Under the pieces are notes generated by a model that was given only the letters and a program-made list of their open reading frames with translations, ran no database searches and was not told where the DNA came from. Made by a program: the position numbers and the translations under genes. Shown here piece after piece: positions 10,611 to 18,795 of a stretch of DNA of 31,523 nt (position 1 is its first letter; each line of letters begins with the position of its first letter). This stretch comes from Paramicrosporidium saccamoebae KSL3 (taxonomy: Eukaryota; Fungi; Cryptomycota), in NCBI GenBank assembly GCA_002794465.1, contig MTSL01000051.1, positions 1 through 31,523 of the forward strand. Direction: 5' to 3'.

Positions 10611-11113
10611 TTAGAAACCGTGAATTTGTAAATCGTCCTTTTTGACAATCTCTTCTTCAATCAAGATTTGTCCAACCTTGGAACGGTGGTCACCCTGAAG
10701 TTGGATAACCTCTCCCATTTCGTCGTCTTCGACAATGGTGCCGTTGCAGGCAAATTCCTTTTTGAACACTTTGAGGACCTTTTTGGGGTCCAGTTCTTTG
10801 GGAAGTCCCTGGATGGTGGTTAGAGTCTTTCTGCCCGAACGCTGTTGAACACGGACGTCTACAGGGTTAGCAACTGTTGTAGCACAACACAGTGGACTCA
10901 GTGTAACTATGACAAATATACGCATCATTGAGGTGTGAGAGAGGCCAAGACGGCCCAACCCACCCGTCGTTGACGGTCTCCGCAACATAGTTTTCATCAC
11001 TGTCCGGCGACCTTACGGATTATATTGCGCTGCTTGCGCTCAGTCTCGCCCGATGGGTCATCTTCAAAGAGGTTGGTGGCGGTGGGGATAAACTTTGCAA
11101 TAGGGTCAGTCAT
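10611..11113 (-). CDS. SUI1: Translation initiation factor eIF1, 114 aa; exons 11017-11113 and 10611-10858
   Basis: Splicing the 158-nt intron 10859-11016 (GTAAGG...GCTAACCCTGTAG) restores NIIHVRVQQRSGRKTLTTIQG..FACNGT..VIQLQGDHR..IHGF*. Confidence 0.96.
10894..11005 (-). ncRNA. Intronic box C/D snoRNA, snR63/SNORD46(U46)-like, predicted to guide 2'-O-methylation of LSU rRNA A2256 (yeast numbering)
   Basis: On the minus strand: terminal stem GGAC/GTCC, C box GTGATGA (10994-11000) and D box CTGA (10898-10901). The guide GTCATAGTTAC is complementary to LSU helix-69 GUAACUAUGAC, and the D+5 rule points to the second A. Confidence 0.88.
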
Positions 11114-11316
11114 ATAACGCAGTCGGCGTGCGGCTGCTTGGATGGATGGACGGCGAGGTTGGGAGTAGCAGTTGTCCGACCAAGGCCGATGCTCCCCGGC
11201 CTTGCCCCTGCAGAATTTATGCTCGCGCGGCAAGATGATGGCCAATTGCGATTCTTGTGCGTATACAAAGTAACATTTTAAATGATTAAATATCACAAAA
11301 CGAGCTAGGGGTATCC

Positions 11317-12843
11317 ATGAAGAGCACCTGTCTTTGGTTGGGCTTCTGTGCCCTGTCAATGGCTCTGAAAGTGGACGTGTCGTTTTCATTACTTCCTGAA
11401 ACTCTGTCAAGCCAGATGACGGCGCGCCTCGTATCAATGGGCTTGAGAAATCCCGAAAATCTTTTATCGTTTGGACAACTATTACAGACTGGCGATAATG
11501 GCTTACACAAAATATTTCACGCCTCTTGTCAGAGTTGGACAAGAGTATTATTTGTCAAAGCATTAGAGCTTTGCAAGGCATATCCATTCCATGCAAAACA
11601 CCTGTTGTCTCCAGACTGCATATCAAATCTTCCCTATGATGTTTATAGTTTTTACGAGCTACCACGCTTCTCCTTACTTCCCGTTTACCCGTTTTCTGAC
11701 TATGGTTTCGGACTGGAAAATTCTCTGCTCACAATTGACCAGTCTGATCCGGAGGGGGAGTGGAGGACATCTCTTTCATGGCAACACTTTACTACGACTA
11801 GTGCATTTTTTCAACTTCTTCCCGATTTGCTTCATACGCCCCTACATCGCCACGTTTCGGCTTCTTCAATTAGCAAGCACCCAAACACTGAGAACTTGGT
11901 CTACTTTGCTGATCAACATCTTGAAGATGAATCCTCCATTGCCGGCGTCTTATTCAACTTGCTATACAGACAAAGGACTTTTCCCAATGATCTTGGAGCG
12001 ATATATGACCTAAGGCAATATTTACACTCATCCTGTGCCAATATAAAACTATTGCAGTTGACTGGCTGGATTATCCGAGACAGTTTAAGTTTTCCGCAGA
12101 ATTTTTCTTTGGTTGTTGATGACCAGAGTTCAGTTGAGCTTTTGCGGGTCGGCATTTTGCTGGCTTTGCACTACAAGGTACCCGACAAATTTGTCAAGAA
12201 TATAAAGCGTCAAAGTATCGCTCGGTTGGCGCAAATGAGCCAGTTTGATTATCTGGAGACGATCCTTGCAATCACCTCTAAGCAATCTTCGGTTCAACAT
12301 TGTGAGGCGTTTGCTGGCCCAGCACGTAGACGTCTTCTCGACATGAAACTTGAGCATATTGCCAAAGACTCTCCAGTGTTTTCATGCTTGACCGTCGACG
12401 AACGCATTCAACATTTCAGACGGTGGGTGCGTACCTTTCGCACCATCCACTTTGATTATAAAAATCTGTCTCCATCAGACTGGATCGTAGCTAGTCACTG
12501 TCATTCCTGGTTACTAGAAGTACCTCCACCTAAGCTTTACGGCAACTCTACCGAAAATCTCCTCCAGCATCTTTTGCACAATGCCATAGTGGAGGACTTA
12601 AATATGGATGTTTGGGAAGGCAAAGATGGTTTCCTGATGGAACCACGTGAGAATATGGCACTGTTCGACTCTTGGAGCTTTCTTGTGACGATAGTTTTGA
12701 TTCTCAGATTGCACTACACAACGACCATAGATTTGTCACCAGCATTTATCCGACAATTAGTCTGTTCCAACAATGACCACGAGACTGATGAAGTATTGAA
12801 AATATTTACTGCGATTGCTTATAATTTTACAGATTGTACATAA
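11317..12843 (+). CDS. Unknown secreted protein (508 aa)
   Basis: Long intronless ORF with signal-peptide-like MKSTCLWLGFCALSMA. The C-terminal segment is faintly HECT N-lobe-like (see findings). Confidence 0.75.
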   Translation: MKSTCLWLGFCALSMALKVDVSFSLLPETLSSQMTARLVSMGLRNPENLLSFGQLLQTGDNGLHKIFHASCQSWTRVLFVKALELCKAYPFHAKHLLSPDCISNLPYDVYSFYELPRFSLLPVYPFSDYGFGLENSLLTIDQSDPEGEWRTSLSWQHFTTTSAFFQLLPDLLHTPLHRHVSASSISKHPNTENLVYFADQHLEDESSIAGVLFNLLYRQRTFPNDLGAIYDLRQYLHSSCANIKLLQLTGWIIRDSLSFPQNFSLVVDDQSSVELLRVGILLALHYKVPDKFVKNIKRQSIARLAQMSQFDYLETILAITSKQSSVQHCEAFAGPARRRLLDMKLEHIAKDSPVFSCLTVDERIQHFRRWVRTFRTIHFDYKNLSPSDWIVASHCHSWLLEVPPPKLYGNSTENLLQHLLHNAIVEDLNMDVWEGKDGFLMEPRENMALFDSWSFLVTIVLILRLHYTTTIDLSPAFIRQLVCSNNDHETDEVLKIFTAIAYNFTDCT

Positions 12844-12849
12844 ACCGAG

Positions 12850-15024
12850 TTAATGTCGATCATTTTTGTGACGGATATTATGTCGAGGTGAAACCACCGA
12901 CTCGTCGCTGGTACTATACTGTTCATCGTTGATACCGCTGTACCGTTCATCATTGTTGGTACTATATGGTTCATCATTGGTACTGTAAGATTCATCATTC
13001 GTGTTGAAGGATTTCGCTTTATCAGAACCATAGAACGCTGCCTCATCGTTATCACCGGTGCTATACGCATCGTCATTGCCATCAGTACTATATGTCTCGT
13101 CATTATCGCCGGTACTATATGCCTCGTTGTTGCCATCAGTGCTGTATGATTCTGCCTCTTCAAGGTAGTTGTCAAATTCCCGGTCTTTCTCAATTTCTTG
13201 ATCAATAAACGGAATAAAATCGGGCTGCTCCCCCACATCATTGGCAAATTTATACACTCCCACATCGCGATGACCAAACAAGTCTGCCCACGTTGCTGTC
13301 ATTTTGAACAGTGCAGTTCCGTCACTGACAGATCCTCTCCGTTGTGTCATCTCGCACAGCTGTCCGAGTATATCGTAATAAAAATCCCGTCGTTTAGCCA
13401 AATGGACTTGACTCAGTGCAGAGTCGAGTAATCGGCTCATAGTGGGTGTGCATAGGCTTTGGGTGGTGGCGACACAGATTCGTGCCACCGCCATTAATTC
13501 AGCCATGAACGGATCACCGCTTTTCAGTGTGGGACGTTCCAGTCGTCGCAAAGCATCTTCGCCGTGTCCTGAGAGGACGAGCAAAAGTCCAACCAACTCG
13601 GGATCTTCATGTTCAGGAATAATATGTGGGCCGTCCTCCTTTACCGCCTCGAGACGCTGCATCATGAGTAAACTCTCTCTCCATTGATTTGGATATAGAA
13701 TTGGCTTACTCAACAACTCACTTAGCTCCAACATTCGCGGATTTTCCAACATAAGGATGACTAACGTGTAATAGTCTCGCAAGTTTTGGTCAATGTTGCT
13801 CTGAGCAAGATCATCGACGGCACCATCATATTCTCCATTAGCCAGACGCTCGAGAATTCCCATCTTACGCTCAACCGTTTCCAGTCCTCTGAATCGTACT
13901 TCTTTGCAAGCACTGTTGGCATGATCCATCCGTTCTAGCGCAAACGCTGTTGCACCTTTTGGCATTTCAATCATGGCGTTTAATGTCTCGAGTTGTCTAG
14001 TCGCTCGTTTACACTGTTGACTGTAAGTATGAATCCAAAACCACTTTTCAGCAGCGGCTATGGCGCTCTTCTGGTCCTTTTCCATGTCAGACTTTAGGAC
14101 AGCGCGATGAAGGGGCAAAGTGGCATTTGGGTCGGGACAGTTGTCTGCAATGGCCTCCACACCACGTCGCCATTTGCATTGGTCTTTGAAGGACTTTTGC
14201 AGCTCCTCTGCATGTTGGAACTTTGGAGAATCTTTCAAAACTGCGCAAGGATCTCTTCGACCACGCATGCATAAGCCGAGCTCTTCTTTAGCCTCGTGAT
14301 CTTTGATAGTCTCTATATTCTTCTCCACCGGCTCAAAACCAACCGTAACCAATGCATAAATGCACACAGGATCATCCTCTCTCCGTCCAAGCAGCTTGCA
14401 GGCCTCTTTGGTGGACTTTGGTTGATTTATTCGATTCAAAATGGCGAGGGTACCTTCCACCACCTGAATCATTTCCTTAACAGACAACGTGGCCGTCCTG
14501 GGCCAAATCGGCACACAGGCCTCTGGAGTTGTCAGGTCATACACCGCCATGCTGGCAGCAAAGACCAGCTGGTCGGTGATCGGATGCTTCCCCGCTCCCT
14601 TTATCCTTCTCAAGGCAGGAAGTAGTGCATAAGCATCTAACACGTTTCCCGTCTCCAGTTTCTTTCGTACATCCTCCAACGAGTCACAAAGCAGCTCATT
14701 CTTTGCACAGTTTACCCCCAACCAGCTCCGATCGCCGCTCAGGTCAATCTTATCATACGTAGCTCTAGCTGTTTCAGGAATTCGTTCATTGATTGTCTCA
14801 ACCACTCGAGAGAGCAACTTGTCCACTCTGCTGTTACTATGGCTGCCTATCCGACGTTGCATCTCGTTCTTGGCATGAAGCACTAGCGCCCAAGCATTTG
14901 CTGTTGTATACAATCCAGAAACGTAGTCAATCCATAAAACTTGCTTCCTGTCTTCTGTCGGACTCTTTTGCTGTTCCGTAAAGGAAACGGCAAGTCCTAA
15001 CAGCACGAGAACAACTATCCTCAT
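12850..15024 (-). CDS. Unknown secreted, largely helical protein (724 aa) with an acidic Tyr-repeat tail
   Basis: Signal peptide MRIVVLVLLGLAVSFT; intronless; ends in YSTxxND(E/D) repeats. Confidence 0.8.
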   Translation of the reverse strand: MRIVVLVLLGLAVSFTEQQKSPTEDRKQVLWIDYVSGLYTTANAWALVLHAKNEMQRRIGSHSNSRVDKLLSRVVETINERIPETARATYDKIDLSGDRSWLGVNCAKNELLCDSLEDVRKKLETGNVLDAYALLPALRRIKGAGKHPITDQLVFAASMAVYDLTTPEACVPIWPRTATLSVKEMIQVVEGTLAILNRINQPKSTKEACKLLGRREDDPVCIYALVTVGFEPVEKNIETIKDHEAKEELGLCMRGRRDPCAVLKDSPKFQHAEELQKSFKDQCKWRRGVEAIADNCPDPNATLPLHRAVLKSDMEKDQKSAIAAAEKWFWIHTYSQQCKRATRQLETLNAMIEMPKGATAFALERMDHANSACKEVRFRGLETVERKMGILERLANGEYDGAVDDLAQSNIDQNLRDYYTLVILMLENPRMLELSELLSKPILYPNQWRESLLMMQRLEAVKEDGPHIIPEHEDPELVGLLLVLSGHGEDALRRLERPTLKSGDPFMAELMAVARICVATTQSLCTPTMSRLLDSALSQVHLAKRRDFYYDILGQLCEMTQRRGSVSDGTALFKMTATWADLFGHRDVGVYKFANDVGEQPDFIPFIDQEIEKDREFDNYLEEAESYSTDGNNEAYSTGDNDETYSTDGNDDAYSTGDNDEAAFYGSDKAKSFNTNDESYSTNDEPYSTNNDERYSGINDEQYSTSDESVVSPRHNIRHKNDRH
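12903..13150 (-). repeat. Coding tandem repeats: 27-nt (YSTDGNNEA-type x4) and 21-24-nt (YSTNDEP-type x~5)
   Basis: Translation: YSTDGNNEA YSTGDNDET YSTDGNDDA YSTGDNDEA ... YSTNDEP YSTNNDER YSGINDEQ YSTSDES. Confidence 0.9.
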
Positions 15025-15184
15025 TCCAATTCAGTCCGTGTCTGGTTGGTCTCTTCTGATTGACCCATATCGCATGAGGAATCAATTTTCATTGGTTGCC
15101 CTATGTAAACACTATGTGGAATTAGGAAACTTTATTGGTATGTCGCATAGTGGGGATAATACCATAGACTTTGTCAGGCGGGAA

Positions 15185-15254
15185 GAGACGAGACGGGGTG
15201 AGATGAGATGAGATGAGATGAGACGAGACGGGGTGAGATGAGAAGAGAAGAGAA
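15185..15254. repeat. GAGAY/GAGAA pentanucleotide microsatellite
   Basis: gagacgagacggggtgagatgagatgagatgagatgagacgagacggggtgagatgagaagagaagagaa. Confidence 0.9.
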
Positions 15255-15498
15255 CTTATTAAGTTAATCCGACAACCCTTTTACAATCACAAACCACGTA
15301 GCAGTCCTCAAATGGTAAAGATCTCATTATCCTTCATCGATTGTTCTGATTATCTCTTTTCCAAACTAGGGAGCTATCCTCAAATACCCAACTAATCAGC
15401 CCTCTACGTCACACATAGACCCGTGGATACGTAGATATAGTACCTCTTACAATATCACACCGCGACATAATCTCACATCACGACATGCTAACACAATA

Positions 15499-16476
15499 CT
15501 ACTTTATTGTCAGGGAACATTTTCCGTGGGGTACAATTGCATTATACTTTTGGTGGATGGACAGCAAGGCTGATATGTATTGGTCTTGGAGCTTTTTGAC
15601 ATCTTCGGGGGTCGGGTTTTCTATTGCTTTTTCAACTGTAATGGGCGATCCCACCACCGAGGTGAGCCTTGTAGAGTCGGGAATCAGCCATAATCGGCTG
15701 TAGAATAAAGGAATCGCAATGGTCATCCATTGCATCAGTGCGATTTGAATCTTCTTAATCCAGGGACGACGGATCTGATGGTAAATGTCAACTTCGCCGA
15801 AACTGAGCACGGGTAAGATGGTGGCGCCATGTTTCAGTGCCAATTTGAAAAATCCCGTCCGGTGTCTCAATGTCAATTCTATGTGTCCCGGACGAGAATC
15901 GAGAGATTCACGCGCTCCGCCAATGACAATTGCAATATCTCCCTTGGCACGCAGCCGCGCCTCCACAGAGGGATAGCTGACTGAGGCGAATCCTAGGGCA
16001 ATCACCAGCTCTCGCCACAAGGGCACCATGAACTGGAGTTGAAGCGTCAAGATGGACACGGGATGTTTTCTCAATATTGTTCCGCCCGTCAAGGAAAAGT
16101 TACTTAGCACTGCAAACGAGCATATCCCGTGTGGATGACATCCGAGCATCAGGGGCTGGTCCCGTCGCAATTTGCTCAAATCACAATCATAAATAATTTC
16201 CGAGGAAAAGCAGGACTTTGCATAGGTAAAGACGGGCTGCATGATGGAAATCACTAGTGGACTTCTCCGTCCAACGCCGTTCGAGGGAGTATCCCAGTCG
16301 TAGAACAGCCATACTGCATATACCAAACTGACTACCCGACACAGCCATCCCATGCCTCCCTCTCCGAATACTGAAAGCCACAGGATCCCTGCCGTCAGAC
16401 TCGCCGACGCCAACAGCAGCCCCAGGAAGCTCAACCACACCAGCCCGCTCAGCATGCTGCAGCTCCCGGCTTGCAT
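15499..16476 (-). CDS. DGA1: DGAT2/MOGAT-family acylglycerol acyltransferase; start codon uncertain
   Basis: HPHG catalytic motif, GGARESL, RTGFFKLALKHGATILPVLSFGE and an N-terminal hydrophobic segment. First in-frame ATG is at 16476 and the next at 16455. Confidence 0.88.
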   Translation of the reverse strand: MQAGSCSMLSGLVWLSFLGLLLASASLTAGILWLSVFGEGGMGWLCRVVSLVYAVWLFYDWDTPSNGVGRRSPLVISIMQPVFTYAKSCFSSEIIYDCDLSKLRRDQPLMLGCHPHGICSFAVLSNFSLTGGTILRKHPVSILTLQLQFMVPLWRELVIALGFASVSYPSVEARLRAKGDIAIVIGGARESLDSRPGHIELTLRHRTGFFKLALKHGATILPVLSFGEVDIYHQIRRPWIKKIQIALMQWMTIAIPLFYSRLWLIPDSTRLTSVVGSPITVEKAIENPTPEDVKKLQDQYISALLSIHQKYNAIVPHGKCSLTIK

Positions 16477-16726
16477 GAAATTGAATTTTCTTTTCTTGTG
16501 ATGTGTCCGTTTTAGGAAATCTCGACACGGACTGGACACACACAGCGACGTGAGTCAGGCATGCCGACGGCCGTTGCCATTGATACTGAGCGGGCAAAGG
16601 CTAGCGGGTCGGGTGAGGTTAGTGGAGGAGAGCGAAACTCGAGGAACGAATACGAACTGTCATTGCTATGTAAGCCAAAGGACGCTGTGTGACCATGTAG
16701 CCGGAACGCCACAAAAGCCTACCAAG

Positions 16727-17719
16727 ATGACGGCTCCTCTGACCTCGCCGGCCGTCCATAATGCGCCCCCATCCACACTAAGGGTGGCTGCAGTGGTGGC
16801 CTTTTACATTGTGACCTCCATTTCCATGATTATGGTCAACAAGGCCGTCCTCAATCATGCCAGATTGCCCCTCTTCTTCCTGTGGGGACAGCTCATAATT
16901 GCCGTCGTTTTCCTCAAGATGGCCTCTATGCTCAATCTTCTCGTTCTGCCGCCGATAAGTATTGCATTGCTGAAGAGTGTTGCACCCCTTATTGCCATCA
17001 ACGTGGTTGGTCTTGTCATGAACACGCTTTGTCTGCAAAACATTGACGCAGTCATGTATCAGGTTGCCCGGTCACTCATCCTGCCCATCACAGTGGCAAT
17101 GTCACCCTTTATGCAAAGCCAGAGGATTACCTTCAAAGTGTTCCTCTGTTGCGCCTGCATTACGGCTGGTTTTCTCGTTGGAATCTTTGGAGAGAGTAAC
17201 TTTACCGTTTCCACAATCGGCATCACCTTTGGAGTGTTGTCTAGTCTAACAACGGCTCTGCACTCCTTTGTTATCAAGAATAGTTTTCAGAATGTCAAAC
17301 ACAATGGGGCATTTGACTTGGTGTTTTACAACAATCTGTTTTCCGCAATCTTCTTGGCCCCCATTCTAGTTCTAGAGGTGCCGGCTATGGCATCGTTTGT
17401 CACTCACAGCGGATGGCCAGCAGTAAAAGTGTTCCTTTTTGGAACGCTACTTGCAGGCTCCACCGGTCTCCTCATCAATCTCGCAGGTTTTCTGCAAATC
17501 AAGACCACCAGTCCAGTGACTCATACTGTCTCATCCGCTGCGCGCGGAGTTCTCCAAACTCTGGCCGCCCGTGCGATCCTGGGAGAAGCAATCACTGCAG
17601 CCCGCTGCATGGGAATTGCCGTGACCCTGTTTGGAAGTTGCATGTATTCCTATGTCAAGAGCATCGAAATGGCCCAGAGCCGGGAATATACCAAGGTGGA
17701 AGGACGGGGCGAGGGTTAA
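16727..17719 (+). CDS. Nucleotide-sugar transporter, GDP-fucose transporter (SLC35C1)-like, 330 aa
   Basis: FYIVTSISMIMVNK, YQVARSL, FYNNLFS and SPVTHTVSSAARGVLQT; about 10 hydrophobic segments. ATG at 16727. Confidence 0.85.
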   Translation: MTAPLTSPAVHNAPPSTLRVAAVVAFYIVTSISMIMVNKAVLNHARLPLFFLWGQLIIAVVFLKMASMLNLLVLPPISIALLKSVAPLIAINVVGLVMNTLCLQNIDAVMYQVARSLILPITVAMSPFMQSQRITFKVFLCCACITAGFLVGIFGESNFTVSTIGITFGVLSSLTTALHSFVIKNSFQNVKHNGAFDLVFYNNLFSAIFLAPILVLEVPAMASFVTHSGWPAVKVFLFGTLLAGSTGLLINLAGFLQIKTTSPVTHTVSSAARGVLQTLAARAILGEAITAARCMGIAVTLFGSCMYSYVKSIEMAQSREYTKVEGRGEG

Positions 17720-17772
17720 TGAGAGTTGAGGGGGATTAGTGGAGATTAGTGAGGGGGTTAGGGTTAGTGAGA
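17706..17772 (+). repeat. G-rich degenerate (G)nTTAG(T/G) repeat overlapping the stop codon
   Basis: ggggattagt ggagattagt gagggggttagggttagt; five G-tracts of 3 or more. Confidence 0.55.
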
Positions 17773-17945
17773 GTACAATTGGAACTAGGATAATAAATTC
17801 ATACGAAAAGCAAATAGAGCAGGCAATCAAGACTCGCGTCACTTCATGCCGCCATGATGCACAAGACCCGCACAGACGGTGATTAGAGCCTATAACATTA
17901 CTAGAATTTTACAAAAACAGTCAGATTTACAGTATTTATAACGTG

Positions 17946-18662
17946 TTAAAATAGACCAGGAATTTTAACTGGAGGCTTTATCCCTTTTGGAGCGAGCGAA
18001 GGTTGTGGACGACTAAACTTTGGCGCAGGTCCTGGTGGTGGCGGGACATGAGATGGCCGTCCGGTGTTAGAGTTGCGATTCGCATTGTAATTTTGCTTGG
18101 GCCTTAAATTCGGAGGTGGGGTGGACGGCGGCTTGGGGATCCTTGATTGACGATTATTCATATTCAGATTCGAGGGTGGAGTAGAAGGAGGAGCAGGGAT
18201 TTGGGAAGGCGAAATCTGAGAAGGTTGTCCACTCTGTTGTTGTCCACCCGGTTGTTGTCCGATCTGTTGTTGTGCGCTCTGTTGTGGCTGTCCATTCTGT
18301 TGTACGCTCGGCTGTCCGCTTTGTTGCAAACCCTGCTGTCCGCTTTGCTGTACACTCTGCTGGAACTGTCCATTCTCTTGCGTTTGTCCATTAACGACAG
18401 TATCTCTATTACCTGCCATTACGACGGGACTCTGTAGCCCACGCAGATAGTCTCTTAGCCATGCTGGTGGTTTACCAACTACTACAATTTGGTTACACTG
18501 TCCACTCTCTCTGGCAATCGGTGATTTGGGAACTGGGGGAGAACTCTTAAAGTATGATGGAGTAGAGCGAGGTCTGAGCGACTGGAGCGCGTTTTTTAAG
18601 ATTTCTGGATTCACGCTAGCGCTCGCAAAAGACACAAGTAAGCCGATCACTACAAGTTTCAT
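17946..18662 (-). CDS. Secreted Gln/Gly- then Pro-rich low-complexity protein (238 aa)
   Basis: Signal MKLVVIGLLVSFASA; single Cys in GQCNQIVVVGK; QQSGQ repeats; PPSTPP repeats. Confidence 0.85.
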   Translation of the reverse strand: MKLVVIGLLVSFASASVNPEILKNALQSLRPRSTPSYFKSSPPVPKSPIARESGQCNQIVVVGKPPAWLRDYLRGLQSPVVMAGNRDTVVNGQTQENGQFQQSVQQSGQQGLQQSGQPSVQQNGQPQQSAQQQIGQQPGGQQQSGQPSQISPSQIPAPPSTPPSNLNMNNRQSRIPKPPSTPPPNLRPKQNYNANRNSNTGRPSHVPPPPGPAPKFSRPQPSLAPKGIKPPVKIPGLF

Positions 18663-18690
18663 TTGGGATACTGTGGATCAAGTCCTCCTT

Positions 18691-18774
18691 ATTTATATAG
18701 TCCGATTGGATGGGCACAACCCAGGCCAATCGAGGAAACTAAAATTTCTTGCACCAATCGCAATAATGACCAAT
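18691..18774 (-). promoter_or_regulatory. TATA box plus four CCAAT boxes upstream of the ATG at 18662
   Basis: TATATAAAT (minus strand, 18691-18699); ATTGG at 18705; CCAAT at 18726, 18754 and 18770 in RRCCAATSR-like contexts. Confidence 0.65.
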
Positions 18775-18795
18775 AGATTACTTTATTCTACAAAG

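Noticed and set aside
10880-11000. In-frame upstream extension MMKTMLRRPSTTGG... of eIF1
   Set aside because: It lies within the 158-nt intron and snoRNA; splicing restores the canonical IH(V/I)R(V/I)QQR.
3240-16476. ACLY and DGAT2 as a lipogenesis gene cluster
   Set aside because: They are about 9 kb apart with unrelated genes between them; proximity is expected by chance in a gene-dense genome.
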